DNA of 64,000 nt from a virus (Duplodnaviria > Heunggongvirae > Uroviricota > Caudoviricetes): IMG/VR virus record IMGVR_UViG_3300034170_000024, positions 2,117 through 66,116 of that record. One strand, given 5' to 3'. The position numbers and the translations under genes were made by a program. Below, one piece after another: positions 43,569-53,007 of the stretch. Under the pieces are notes generated by a model. It had not been told where the DNA came from and made no database searches. It was given only the letters and a program-made list of their open reading frames with translations. Each line of letters starts with the position of its first letter. Position 1 is the first letter of the stretch.

Positions 43569-43718
43569 ATGAAAAAGAAGTATGCATATCAAGTAGGTGG
43601 TGTAGCTGTAGCAACTCGTGAGGCTGCACGTATCGTACAACGTAGCTATCGTGACACTGGCGCTAACCCTGTTCCACGAATCACCCAGAAGATCATTGTA
43701 GAGCGCATCGTACGATGA
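43569..43718 (+). CDS. possible 49-aa peptide
   Basis: AAGGAG SD; ATGA coupling downstream. Confidence 0.3.
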   Translation: MKKKYAYQVGGVAVATREAARIVQRSYRDTGANPVPRITQKIIVERIVR

Positions 43719-44002
43719 AACTGACACGTGAACAAACAAAATACCTTTGGCGTGAAGAAGGTAGTGAAGAACTTGACTTGGTTCTTCATGAAGAGGGTGA
43801 CTGGGATGTTGATTACAAATGGCAACACATGACAAACATCTACTTTCAAGAAGGCACAGGTAAGTACTTCGAAATGACTGTAAGTCGTAGTGGTAGTCCA
43901 TTCAGTGACTGGTATTACAGTTATGAAGATGACGGTGCTAATCTTAACGAAGTCAAGTTGGTAGAGAAAGTAACAGTTGTCAAATCATGGGAGAGTGTGT
44001 AA
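43715..44002 (+). CDS. hypothetical protein
   Basis: 95 aa. Confidence 0.4.
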   Translation: MKLTREQTKYLWREEGSEELDLVLHEEGDWDVDYKWQHMTNIYFQEGTGKYFEMTVSRSGSPFSDWYYSYEDDGANLNEVKLVEKVTVVKSWESV

Positions 44003-44289
44003 TGAAGGTTTTCTTTAACGTAACACTTACCCTGATCAGCATGGTATTGCAATTGATCCTGTTGACATCCTTGTGGGGTTGGTTTGTTGTTCCACTTGGT
44101 GTTGTCTCAATCGGTTACGCTCATGCATTTGGTTTGAATCTGTTGCTTACGTACTTCCAAATTCGCAATCCAAGAGTATTCAAGCCTGATCTGTTGATTG
44201 AACGTACATATGGTAAAAAGATCAGCAACAACATCTTTATCATGTTGACTGCTCTTCTGCTTGGCTACATCGCCTCATCTTTGATGTAA
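44002..44289 (+). CDS. membrane protein
   Basis: three hydrophobic helices. Confidence 0.4.
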   Translation: MKVFFNVTLTLISMVLQLILLTSLWGWFVVPLGVVSIGYAHAFGLNLLLTYFQIRNPRVFKPDLLIERTYGKKISNNIFIMLTALLLGYIASSLM

Positions 44290-44306
44290 AAAGATTCAAA
44301 AAGTGG

Positions 44307-44335
44307 TTGACAACAGCCTTCCACTTCTGTATAAT
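44307..44335 (+). promoter_or_regulatory. consensus sigma70 promoter TTGACA-17-TATAAT
   Basis: perfect hexamers and spacing. Confidence 0.7.
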
Positions 44336-44431
44336 GTGCGATCTACACTGATGAAAAGGTGTAGAAATGCACAAACAAATCTGCTGCCATCATACAGCAC
44401 AAATGAAAATCCGCAAAAGGAAATTTAAAAC

Positions 44432-45460
44432 ATGGCTAAGAAATTCGTATTTAATGCACCAGCACCTACTTCCAACCCAGAAACCTCTAACATCGACTTC
44501 GACGCTCTGTCCAAGCATGTTGTTGAAGCAGTTGGTTGTGCTGATAAACCAGAAGCATTGATTGGTATTGTTTCCGGTGTTATCGACTTGGGTCTGCAAG
44601 CACAAGAAGATGCCAAAATGGAATGGAAAGGTACTGATGCTGAGAAAGCTGAAGTAGAAGCCAAAGCTGCTCGTGGTGAATCTAAAGAATACTTCGAAGT
44701 TGTACCACATGGTCAAAACAATGTACCAACTCTGTGCAAACGCTGGCCTGTAAAAGCACAACGTTGTGTTGCACTCACTGTTGATTTCCCTGACACTTTG
44801 GTAAACCGTGGTCAGTTCTTTGATGAGAACAAAGTTGGTGAAGACCTTCCTTTCCGTGGTTTGCTGAACAACGAGTTCGGTCAGAAAGGTGTTGGTAAGG
44901 TTGTTGGTAAGCCATACAGTCTGCGTGAACAGCGTAATGACGATGGTACTTGGGGCTTTAAGAACAACACTATCTTGTTCAAACTGGCACAAGCAACCAA
45001 TCAACTGGATGCACAAGGTAACTTCAAACCAGCAAGGTTGGGTAACTTGATTGGTGAAGCTGCAATGTTTAACGTTCATGTCTACCTGAATGAGCACGCT
45101 GGTAAGAACTACCTGAATGAGAAGTTGGCATTCAATGGTCCAGTTCCTAAAGCAATGCAGAAGATGATCCCAGTACTGGATGAGAAGTTCATGTACATGG
45201 TTAACTTCAAAGGTGAACAAGACCTTGACGTACTGAAGACTCTGCGTCAGTCGGTAATCAATACGATGAAACAGGCTGAAGACTTCGAAGGTAGTGATGT
45301 ACAGAAAGCACTGATTGAAATCGGTAAAGTTAAAGTTGGTGATGGTCAAGCACAAGGTGCTGATAAGCCACAACAGGCTACTCCTCAACAGGCACGGCCA
45401 CAAGCTGAACCTACTCCACCGTTGGACTTTGATAACTTCGATGATGACGTGCCATTTTAA
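44432..45460 (+). CDS. single-stranded DNA-binding-type protein with SSB-like acidic C-terminal tip
   Basis: Q/P/A-rich disordered linker then DFDNFDDDVPF (cf. bacterial SSB DFDDDIPF); core not obviously OB-SSB by eye. Confidence 0.5.
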   Translation: MAKKFVFNAPAPTSNPETSNIDFDALSKHVVEAVGCADKPEALIGIVSGVIDLGLQAQEDAKMEWKGTDAEKAEVEAKAARGESKEYFEVVPHGQNNVPTLCKRWPVKAQRCVALTVDFPDTLVNRGQFFDENKVGEDLPFRGLLNNEFGQKGVGKVVGKPYSLREQRNDDGTWGFKNNTILFKLAQATNQLDAQGNFKPARLGNLIGEAAMFNVHVYLNEHAGKNYLNEKLAFNGPVPKAMQKMIPVLDEKFMYMVNFKGEQDLDVLKTLRQSVINTMKQAEDFEGSDVQKALIEIGKVKVGDGQAQGADKPQQATPQQARPQAEPTPPLDFDNFDDDVPF

Positions 45461-45529
45461 TTTGGTATAAGAAGTTATTTTGATATACCGGGTTGTCATA
45501 AGGCAACCCATTCATTCTGGAGAGAATAA

Positions 45530-45718
45530 ATGACAGTTAAAACATGTATTGTAATGGGTCATTTTGAGTTAGGTTCTACTGACGGTGTTGTATTTGAAAG
45601 TGCAGTATTTGGTTATTCATGCAACTATGATAGTGCACACTCTTTCATACAAGCTGTTCGTGATAGCCATCACAAGATCGGTAGTAAACTTACAATCACA
45701 AATGTAATTATTGGATAA
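45530..45718 (+). CDS. hypothetical protein
   Basis: 62 aa. Confidence 0.4.
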   Translation: MTVKTCIVMGHFELGSTDGVVFESAVFGYSCNYDSAHSFIQAVRDSHHKIGSKLTITNVIIG

Positions 45719-45728
45719 GGAGAAACAA

Positions 45729-46034
45729 ATGAGTCAACAAGATATGTTTGGTGAAGAAGAACAAGTTGAGCGTTTCACTCTTAATGAAGAGCAAGCGTTT
45801 GAACGACTGATTGTTCTTAACCGTGCACTCAATGTAACTAAGGCTGATATCAAGCAACTGTTGTCTGATATTAAATACCACAAAGATGAAAACCCAAAAG
45901 GTATCCCCGGTCCTGAAGTTAAAAAGATTGCAGCATCTGCTGTTCGATATGCCGCTGCTGACTATGAAGAGAAAAAGAGTGCAGCACTTGAGCTTTTCTC
46001 CAAGTATGAAGAACTTACCAACTACAATGACTGA
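45729..46034 (+). CDS. hypothetical protein
   Basis: AAGGAG SD at second ATG. Confidence 0.4.
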   Translation: MSQQDMFGEEEQVERFTLNEEQAFERLIVLNRALNVTKADIKQLLSDIKYHKDENPKGIPGPEVKKIAASAVRYAAADYEEKKSAALELFSKYEELTNYND

Positions 46035-46073
46035 TCGGGTTATCAGTTCTGTAGAGACAATTTGAATCTAATT

Positions 46074-46100
46074 AGCCCGCCATTGTGCGGGCTTTTTGTT
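46074..46100 (+). terminator. rho-independent terminator
   Basis: AGCCCGC-cattgt-GCGGGCT + TTTTGTT. Confidence 0.65.
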
Positions 46101-46116
46101 ATCTGGAGTAAAGTAA

Positions 46117-46434
46117 ATGGCTGATTACGATGCAATGTTGTATGTTGGGATTTATGCTGGTGATTCAAAAGATGACGCTGAGCAATACCTTATCGCAAAA
46201 GGTTTACTGAAACCAACTGAACTAGAAGTTATTTATGGTGATGACATTCAATCATTGTCAGATATGGGATTCCCACTGAATGTTCAATGTGAGAACTACT
46301 ATTCTGGTCGTGGTTGGTATGTTGGATATGAAACATCACCTGAATCATATCAGCAGTTTGATCGTATGAAAGCGGAATTCAAAAAGCTTACTGGTGATGA
46401 TGCTGAAGTTTTGTCGTTCACACAGGTTAGTTAA
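46117..46434 (+). CDS. hypothetical protein
   Basis: 105 aa. Confidence 0.4.
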   Translation: MADYDAMLYVGIYAGDSKDDAEQYLIAKGLLKPTELEVIYGDDIQSLSDMGFPLNVQCENYYSGRGWYVGYETSPESYQQFDRMKAEFKKLTGDDAEVLSFTQVS

Positions 46435-46445
46435 GGAGGAAGTAA

Positions 46446-46625
46446 ATGTATACAGTTTGGTGTGAGTGGGATATTGGGATTGAGGGTAAGGTGTTTGCAA
46501 CTGAGGAAGTTGCCATTAAGCACGCAAACGAAAATCTGGAGGCATGTGGTATTGATGAACAGTATGACGAATTGCGTGCTGAAGGTTTGATTGGTTTAGA
46601 TTCAGTGGAGATTTATTATGAGTGA
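46446..46625 (+). CDS. possible 59-aa ORF
   Basis: GGAGGAAG SD; below cutoff. Confidence 0.3.
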   Translation: MYTVWCEWDIGIEGKVFATEEVAIKHANENLEACGIDEQYDELRAEGLIGLDSVEIYYE

Positions 46626-46869
46626 CATTCGTTTAGTTGACGGGGTTGTAATTATTCCCGCATCTAACATTGTCAAGTTCGCATTCAACATGGCTGAATG
46701 CATTGATGGGTACAAGACATGGGAAGAAATGGAAAGTTGGCATCAGGCTGAAATTAATCTCAAATATGGTCGTTACACTGAGAAAGAATACGAAGAAGTT
46801 CCTCAGTTCGAAATTGATCGATATGAACAAATGATTATTGAACTAAAAGAGGAATATGGAGATGAGTAA
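46618..46869 (+). CDS. hypothetical protein
   Basis: 83 aa. Confidence 0.4.
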   Translation: MSDIRLVDGVVIIPASNIVKFAFNMAECIDGYKTWEEMESWHQAEINLKYGRYTEKEYEEVPQFEIDRYEQMIIELKEEYGDE

Positions 46870-47866
46870 TCCAACACATGCGGTCGTCGATCTTGATGCA
46901 TTCAAATATGCAGCAGCTTATGTAGGTGAGAAGAAAAGTATTCGTGCAACTCTTCGTGGTGACACAAGTAAGACATTCGAAGCAAAGAGCCGTACAGCCT
47001 TCTGGGGACATCACAAGAAGAAAGCTGGTGGTATCCTTGCAGAAGAGAATATAAAGCGTGAGAGTCCATGGCTCCCAGAAGACTTTGATATCGAAGACAT
47101 TTCTACTCCTGAACCAATCCAGAACGTCCTGCATACAGCCAAAGTAATGGTTGATGAAATCCTTGTTAAGTCTGGTGCGAAGACCTATGAAATGTACATG
47201 GGTAAAGGTGATAGTCAACGTGTTGAATGGAGTACGTTACTGAAGTACAAAGGTAATCGTGATAACTTGGTTAAGCCTTTCCACTTGGACGAAGTTAGTA
47301 ACTACCTTGAACGTCGTTACAAAGCTGAAATCATTACTGACCGTGAAGCTGATGACATGTGTGTTATCCGTGCATACAAGCAGGCTAATCACTTTGTAAT
47401 CGGTGAGGATAAAGACTATTGGGGTTCACCAGTTAACTACTACGACATCAACCGTACACATCGTGGTATTGTAAACTGTGACAAGCTTGGTACTTTGTTT
47501 AAGGATGACAAAAAGATTGTTCGTGGTGAAGGTCGTATGCACTTGTACTATCAGATCATTAGTCAGGATGACGTAGACAACTATAAAGCAAACTGCTTCA
47601 GTGATATTGAGTGGGGAAGTGTTAGTGCTTTCAATACTCTTGTTGACTGTAAGACTGACAAAGAATGCTTTGAAGCAATGGTTCATACATTCAAACATCT
47701 GTATCCTGAAAAGAAAGTTGTCACTGGCTGGCGTGGTGATGAGATTGAAATTGATTGGTTGTATGTTTTCCAAGAGATGTTTGATATGGCTCACATGCAG
47801 CGTACACTAGATGATCAACGAGTGAATGTGAAAGCAGCACTTGACCGCATGGGAGTAGCTTATTAA
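46856..47866 (+). CDS. 5'-3' exonuclease / flap endonuclease (T4 RNase H / T5 D15-like)
   Basis: N-terminal VVDLDAFKYAAAY (cf. LIDGSSLAFRAFYA), READDMCVIRAY (EADD motif), VIGEDKDYWG (cf. SGDKDLLQL). Confidence 0.55.
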   Translation: MEMSNPTHAVVDLDAFKYAAAYVGEKKSIRATLRGDTSKTFEAKSRTAFWGHHKKKAGGILAEENIKRESPWLPEDFDIEDISTPEPIQNVLHTAKVMVDEILVKSGAKTYEMYMGKGDSQRVEWSTLLKYKGNRDNLVKPFHLDEVSNYLERRYKAEIITDREADDMCVIRAYKQANHFVIGEDKDYWGSPVNYYDINRTHRGIVNCDKLGTLFKDDKKIVRGEGRMHLYYQIISQDDVDNYKANCFSDIEWGSVSAFNTLVDCKTDKECFEAMVHTFKHLYPEKKVVTGWRGDEIEIDWLYVFQEMFDMAHMQRTLDDQRVNVKAALDRMGVAY

Positions 47867-48084
47867 TGGCTAAGTGGTTTTGTTCTAGTGACCCTTCAGT
47901 GGGTCAAATCTCTGAAAAGGATTATGGAGTAAGGCGTGCAATTGAGCGCGTTATGGAGAAGTACACAATAGATATGGAGAACTATTCATATTACGGTTCC
48001 AACATGGGTGTGTCTGAAAACGATTATGAAGAAATTGCTGAAGAAGTAATGGACGTACTTGAACTATGGGAGAAAGATCAATGA
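47866..48084 (+). CDS. hypothetical protein
   Basis: 72 aa. Confidence 0.4.
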   Translation: MAKWFCSSDPSVGQISEKDYGVRRAIERVMEKYTIDMENYSYYGSNMGVSENDYEEIAEEVMDVLELWEKDQ

Positions 48085-48281
48085 GTAAGAAAGTTTATGG
48101 GTATGTGATCATCAATAGTGAGACGGGTGAACAATGGAATGCTGATGTATACGCTGGTAAAGCTGGTGCTGCCAGTTCTTATAACCATCATTACAACAGT
48201 CATTGGCAACGTGAGAATCGTCACAAGTTTGCAGACCAGACATTGTGGGTAAGAAAGCCCTTGGTATTGGGCGATGACTGA
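48081..48281 (+). CDS. hypothetical protein
   Basis: ATGA coupling, GGGAGAAAG SD. Confidence 0.4.
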   Translation: MSKKVYGYVIINSETGEQWNADVYAGKAGAASSYNHHYNSHWQRENRHKFADQTLWVRKPLVLGDD

Positions 48282-48831
48282 ACCAGTAAAGATGTGGGAA
48301 CTGTATCCTGAGTTCTGGAAGACAGAAAGTGCTTTCCTTTCGTTCATTCGTGGTGGCATTCGTCGCCACCTTTGGTCAAAGAATCCTGTAAAGCTTCAGT
48401 TCATGAAAGAGAATCGTGTTAAGATGGTAAACACCAATCCACGAAGCATGAAAGCTCATCCAATGGTTTGGGGTTTCAAATGTGAGCAATGTCTAAAGAC
48501 TTTTGCTGGTGGTAATTGTGAAGTTGACCACAAGACCGGTGAGCATTCATTGAAGACTGTAACTGACATCCAGAAGTTTGTTGAAGGTATTGTATTCGTT
48601 CGTAAAGAAGACCTTGCACTTCTGTGTAAACCGTGTCATAAGGTAAAGACACATGCTGAACGCTACGGTTTGTCGATCAAGGAAGCGATGGCAGCTAAGC
48701 AAGCCATTGAAAAGAATAAAGAAAGTGTGAAAAATGTGGTTGCGTTCCTTACCGAACATGGGTATAATGCGCACAAGACGAAAGAAGGGCGACGTGCCCA
48801 ACTGGTTGATCACTTCATGAAGGAGAGTTAG
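48274..48831 (+). CDS. HNH endonuclease
   Basis: CEQC...GNCEVDHKTGEH...CKPCHKVKTH: Cys4 zinc site flanking His-Asn/His motif. Confidence 0.6.
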   Translation: MTEPVKMWELYPEFWKTESAFLSFIRGGIRRHLWSKNPVKLQFMKENRVKMVNTNPRSMKAHPMVWGFKCEQCLKTFAGGNCEVDHKTGEHSLKTVTDIQKFVEGIVFVRKEDLALLCKPCHKVKTHAERYGLSIKEAMAAKQAIEKNKESVKNVVAFLTEHGYNAHKTKEGRRAQLVDHFMKES

Positions 48832-48833
48832 TA

Positions 48834-49010
48834 TGTTGGTTAAACTTGTAAAACTCAGCAAGCATTACCCAAATGATGCAACTGTAACTGTCGGAAAACT
48901 TTATGCTTGTGCTGGTGTGGATCGTGATGGTGATGTGAAGATCATTGATGATCTTGGTGAAACATCATTCTTGTTCAAAGGTGAATATGAGGTAGTTACA
49001 AATGACTGAG
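48834..49010 (+). CDS. small GKLYAC-family protein
   Basis: 58 aa; below cutoff; family motif VTVGKLYACAGVDRDGDVKII. Confidence 0.3.
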
Positions 49011-49193
49011 AAATTCAAAGTACGTGTTATCAAAATTGATGAGCACCAACCCGGTGATCAGGGTTTCACAATCGGTAAAGTCTATGAAGCCTCTGGTCTG
49101 GTTGACCATATAATGGCGATTGATGTTGTGGATGATACAGGTGATATTTCAGCGTTGTTCGAAGGTGAGTGGGAGCGTGTAGATGCTGAATGA
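49002..49193 (+). CDS. small GKVYEA-family protein
   Basis: 63 aa; KVRVIKIDEHQPGDQGFTIGKVY. Confidence 0.4.
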   Translation: MTEKFKVRVIKIDEHQPGDQGFTIGKVYEASGLVDHIMAIDVVDDTGDISALFEGEWERVDAE

Positions 49194-49401
49194 CATCCGT
49201 ATTGTTTCTCTTCACAAAGACGGTGTTGAGAAGTTTCAGATTTGTCGAGTGATCTACAAAGAGAACGGGGATGTCAACTATTCTGAGAACCCTTATTCTG
49301 AGTATGATAATCTGGAAGAGGCGTATATTTTCTTAGATCAAATGTACAAGGCGAGCTTGAAACCTCTCCTTGTTGTATTCGAAGACGGGAGTTATGAATA
49401 A
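49183..49401 (+). CDS. hypothetical protein
   Basis: 72 aa. Confidence 0.4.
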   Translation: MLNDIRIVSLHKDGVEKFQICRVIYKENGDVNYSENPYSEYDNLEEAYIFLDQMYKASLKPLLVVFEDGSYE

Positions 49402-49520
49402 TGGCTAAGACAATTAACAACGTTGTTATCCAGATTGATGATGAAACATTGAAACTGCTGCTTGCAAAGATTAGCGAATTGGAACTACGTATTTCCGCTC
49501 TTGAAGGTTCAAATGAATGA
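49401..49520 (+). CDS. possible 39-aa coiled-coil peptide
   Basis: TAATG coupling. Confidence 0.25.
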   Translation: MAKTINNVVIQIDDETLKLLLAKISELELRISALEGSNE

Positions 49521-49606
49521 GCATTCATACTTTCATGTACGTTAATACTGTGGTACAATTCGTACAGACCATGTTGGTATTCCAATACATTATCTAAGGA
49601 GAAAAG

Positions 49607-49825
49607 ATGAGTTACGCAATTTACGGTGAAAGTGAGACGTACATCCATTTGGTTACTGCCGACACTGAATCTGAAGTAGTTGATCTTTTCCTTGAAGACA
49701 TCAAAAGTGTCAATCAGGAACTGAAGAACATCACGAATGTTTATGCTGTAAATCGTAATCAAGAAGCTTCTGATCTTGAACGGTATATTGAATCGATGAT
49801 TAAGGAGGCAAACAATGTCGCCTGA
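49607..49825 (+). CDS. hypothetical protein
   Basis: 72 aa, SD aaggag. Confidence 0.4.
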   Translation: MSYAIYGESETYIHLVTADTESEVVDLFLEDIKSVNQELKNITNVYAVNRNQEASDLERYIESMIKEANNVA

Positions 49826-49976
49826 TAAACGAAGTGCTTTGATTGATTGCATTTCTAATCTGAAAGACGCACTAGATTCACTGGATATTGTAGATGATGA
49901 TGACTTTAACATCGCAACCCATTGGGCTATCAAGGATGTAATTGACGATATTGAAATTGAATTGGAGGCTGAATGA
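49815..49976 (+). CDS. possible 53-aa acidic peptide
   Basis: AAGGAGG SD; ATGA coupling downstream. Confidence 0.3.
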   Translation: MSPDKRSALIDCISNLKDALDSLDIVDDDDFNIATHWAIKDVIDDIEIELEAE

Positions 49977-50905
49977 TTAAGTTTGATAAAGAGTGGCATA
50001 AAGCAGCATTGGAACTTCGTGGTTATGGTTTCAGTAGTCGTCGCATTGCTGAGAGTCTTGAGGTAGGTAAGAGCACTGTAAACGATTTCTTCAAGAAAGT
50101 AGATTCTGGACTAACTGTTCTAGAGGGTGAATACATTCCCAAAGGACCACGTATCCTGATTTACGATATCGAAACAGCACCTATCCTTGCACATGTTTGG
50201 AAGCTGTGGGATAATAACGTTGGTCTGAATCAGATTGAATCAGATTGGTACATTATGTCTGTTGCTGCCAAGTGGCTTGGTGAAGACGAAGTATTCTATT
50301 GGGATCAGAAAGATATATTCCCAATGGAAGATGATACATACCTGCTTTCCAAACTATGGTCTTTGCTGAACGAAGCTGACATCGTTATTGGTCAGAACGT
50401 TAAGCGATTTGACACAAAGAAAGTGAATGCTCGCTTTGTTCTCAATGGTTTCCCTAAACCAAGTAGCTATCGTCAAATTGACACAATGATCATTGCTAAA
50501 GAGCAATTTGGTTTTACTTCTAATAAGCTGGAATACATGACTGATAAGTTGTGTCCAGAACATAAGAAGAGCAAACACAAAGAGTTCCCCGGTCATGAAC
50601 TGTGGGCAGAATGCTTGAAAGGCAATCCAAAAGCATGGGATGAAATGAAGTCGTATAACATTGACGACATCCATGGTACTGAAGCTTTGTACAACGTATT
50701 GTCTTCGTGGGATAGTAAGTTGCCTAACTTCGACGTATATGTTGATGAGTTGCTGGATATGTCTGAGTGGGTTGAAGATGGTTTTGTACATACCAACTTG
50801 GCTAAGTACAAGCGGTATCGCAACATCAAGACTGGTGTTCAACGTCGTAGTCGTGTAAACGAATTGACGAAAGAGAAACGTCAACAACTGCTGGCTAACA
50901 TTTAA
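49973..50905 (+). CDS. DnaQ-like DEDD 3'-5' exonuclease with N-terminal HTH
   Basis: HTH-like SSRRIAESLEVGKSTVNDF; Exo I LIYDIETA; Exo II GQNVKRFDTKKV; Exo III-like DDIHGTEALYN. Confidence 0.5.
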   Translation: MIKFDKEWHKAALELRGYGFSSRRIAESLEVGKSTVNDFFKKVDSGLTVLEGEYIPKGPRILIYDIETAPILAHVWKLWDNNVGLNQIESDWYIMSVAAKWLGEDEVFYWDQKDIFPMEDDTYLLSKLWSLLNEADIVIGQNVKRFDTKKVNARFVLNGFPKPSSYRQIDTMIIAKEQFGFTSNKLEYMTDKLCPEHKKSKHKEFPGHELWAECLKGNPKAWDEMKSYNIDDIHGTEALYNVLSSWDSKLPNFDVYVDELLDMSEWVEDGFVHTNLAKYKRYRNIKTGVQRRSRVNELTKEKRQQLLANI

Positions 50906-50917
50906 TTAGGAGTGAAT

Positions 50918-51142
50918 ATGAAAAGTGTATTTCTTGGTACAAACGGTCGTCAAATCGTAATCGGTAGCACTGTTACTCTGTTTGATAACAGTAGTTGGAC
51001 TGATATCAATGGTGATGAATACCCACTGGGTCTTAGTCTGACTGTTATTGATGATCTTGAAACAACTCATCGATATATTAATGTTGAAAACTCTACTATT
51101 GAGTTTGCTGGTGTTGCAACAAACAACCTTGATTTCATCTAA
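50918..51142 (+). CDS. small GSTVTLFD-family protein
   Basis: TAGGAG SD; IVIGSTVTLFD motif. Confidence 0.4.
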   Translation: MKSVFLGTNGRQIVIGSTVTLFDNSSWTDINGDEYPLGLSLTVIDDLETTHRYINVENSTIEFAGVATNNLDFI

Positions 51143-51151
51143 GAGGTATAA

Positions 51152-51364
51152 ATGCAATCTAAACGTCAGAGTTTGAAAGAGACACTGACTAACACATTCG
51201 TTGGCATGGCTGGTAGTTTTATGATTACCATGCTGTGTCTGGAAGTGTTAACAGATAAATTCGCAATTGGTGTAGTAACTACATTACTTTGCACGCTATG
51301 GAGTATCGGTCGTGGTTATACAATCCGTCGTTATTTCAACAAACAGAAAGGAGAGAAAGTTTGA
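51152..51364 (+). CDS. small membrane protein
   Basis: 70 aa; hydrophobic core. Confidence 0.4.
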   Translation: MQSKRQSLKETLTNTFVGMAGSFMITMLCLEVLTDKFAIGVVTTLLCTLWSIGRGYTIRRYFNKQKGEKV

Positions 51365-51549
51365 TTTATTATGAAGTTGTGGAAGATGTTGGTGATGGGT
51401 ATGCTGCCAATCGACGCTTCCGTACAATGGTTGAAGCTGAAGCGTATGTTGAAAAGGTAAATGATAGCAACACTGACTGTGCTTGTATGAACGGTGTAGA
51501 CACAATCGATACAGATTCACCAAACTTTTATCATAAGGATGACGAATAA
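51361..51549 (+). CDS. hypothetical protein (TTG start)
   Basis: AAAGGAGAG SD then TTG. Confidence 0.3.
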   Translation: MIYYEVVEDVGDGYAANRRFRTMVEAEAYVEKVNDSNTDCACMNGVDTIDTDSPNFYHKDDE

Positions 51550-51782
51550 TGACCCCTGAGAATTTCGCGTATTGGTTGAAAGGTGCAATTGAGTTGGGTA
51601 ACTTCAGTACTTTTGATGAACATCAAGTTCAAGTTATTCAAGATCATTTGAATCTTGTCTTCAATAAAGTTACACCAAACTACCAAATCACACAGAGTCC
51701 GGGTATAAAGTTACCAGTAATTACTGACACCACGTTTCAAAATAAACAGTTTGATCTTAATAGCATCAAGATCACCTGCTAA
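51549..51782 (+). CDS. hypothetical protein
   Basis: 77 aa. Confidence 0.4.
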   Translation: MTPENFAYWLKGAIELGNFSTFDEHQVQVIQDHLNLVFNKVTPNYQITQSPGIKLPVITDTTFQNKQFDLNSIKITC

Positions 51783-51800
51783 TAATTTTAAGGAGAGAAT

Positions 51801-52304
51801 ATGTATCAGAAGTACACAGAAGAAGTTCGTCGTTGGAACGAAGTCATGTTGAATGCACCGGGTGCAACTGATCAAGCAACTATTGCAAAGATTGGTCGTC
51901 AAGCTAACTTTGTTATCGAAGAAGCAAAAGAAATCAAAGATGGTTTCGATAACACGGACGTTCAAGAAATGCTGGACGGTCACCTTGATACTCGTTTCGT
52001 TAACGATCAAATCGGTGTATATCTGGAAGCACTTGGTATTGACCTTGAGGCTGCTTGGGATGAGGTATGCGCTTCAAACAACTCCAAGTTTAGCACTGAC
52101 CTAGATATGATGATTAAGAGTGCTCAACGGTTGACTGATGAGCTTGGTGATGAGGTTGTTGTTCAACTTGCTCCATATGCTGAAGGTCAACCAACTACTT
52201 ACATCCTGAAGCGTCTGAGTAATGGTAAGATCATGAAGCCGGATTGCTTCCGTGAACCCAATCTTGGTCAGTTTATTCCTAAACATTTGCGAGGAGAAAT
52301 GTAA
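51801..52304 (+). CDS. possible MazG-like all-alpha NTP pyrophosphohydrolase
   Basis: E..E (VIEEAKE) and E..D (QEMLDGHLD) pairs; weak. Confidence 0.3.
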   Translation: MYQKYTEEVRRWNEVMLNAPGATDQATIAKIGRQANFVIEEAKEIKDGFDNTDVQEMLDGHLDTRFVNDQIGVYLEALGIDLEAAWDEVCASNNSKFSTDLDMMIKSAQRLTDELGDEVVVQLAPYAEGQPTTYILKRLSNGKIMKPDCFREPNLGQFIPKHLRGEM

Positions 52305-52305
52305 T

Positions 52306-53007
52306 ATGTTTAATATTGGTGATAAAGTTAAAGTTGTAGAAGCTCATGACGTTTGGTTGACACAACATGGTCTAAATAATGACACAATCCTGACCATTGT
52401 TGATAATGACGAATACCAACGCGATTATATAAACAAGGATGAATTTACAGTTGAGATAGATGGTGTCAAATATAACGAATCTGATTTTCAGAAGGTGTCA
52501 GACAGTTACTTCCAAGGTGGTTTGATTGAAGGAAAGAACGCTGGTCTAATTGGTGAACAATGTCCTGAAACCATTATCCCAGTTGAACGTGCTGAGAATC
52601 TTCGATTGATGTGTAATGCAGTTGGTGTGACTCTACCATTCCAAAGCTTCCATCTGGGTGCTGTATGTAACGAACCACCTGAGTTGGGTGTGTATCGTCC
52701 TAACTTGGAAGATCGCAAGGTTGGTAAGGTTCGCGTAGAGCTTGTAGATAAAGGCTTCCCAAATGCACTATGGGAGCTTGCAAAGTTGATGACTTGGGCT
52801 CAGGAAGCTAAAGGTTATAAAGATCACGATTGGAAGAATCTACCAGATGCAAGAAACTCTCTTCCTGCTGCTGCTAGTCGTCATCGTCAACAACATAATA
52901 AAGGTGAGTTCTATGACGATGAAAGTAAGCTGTATCACAAAGTAAGTGAAGCCTTTGGTGTACTTGCTGAACTTGAATTGATTTTGACCGGAAAGATTGA
53001 ACTATGA
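52306..53007 (+). CDS. hypothetical protein with N-terminal GDKVKV small-barrel domain
   Basis: MFNIGDKVKVVEAHD then 170-aa C-terminal domain. Confidence 0.4.
   Translation: MFNIGDKVKVVEAHDVWLTQHGLNNDTILTIVDNDEYQRDYINKDEFTVEIDGVKYNESDFQKVSDSYFQGGLIEGKNAGLIGEQCPETIIPVERAENLRLMCNAVGVTLPFQSFHLGAVCNEPPELGVYRPNLEDRKVGKVRVELVDKGFPNALWELAKLMTWAQEAKGYKDHDWKNLPDARNSLPAAASRHRQQHNKGEFYDDESKLYHKVSEAFGVLAELELILTGKIEL

Noticed and set aside
44390-45511. 373-aa minus-strand ORF
   Set aside because: Antisense to the SSB-like gene and overlaps a consensus + strand promoter; shadow ORF.
45496-45517. GGGTTG-n8-CAACCC hairpin (preceded by GGTATA-n14-TATACC hairpin) as an operator related to the 53282 palindrome
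   Set aside because: Sits right after the SSB-like stop with a T-rich tail, so more simply a tandem-hairpin weak terminator; shared half-site may be coincidental.
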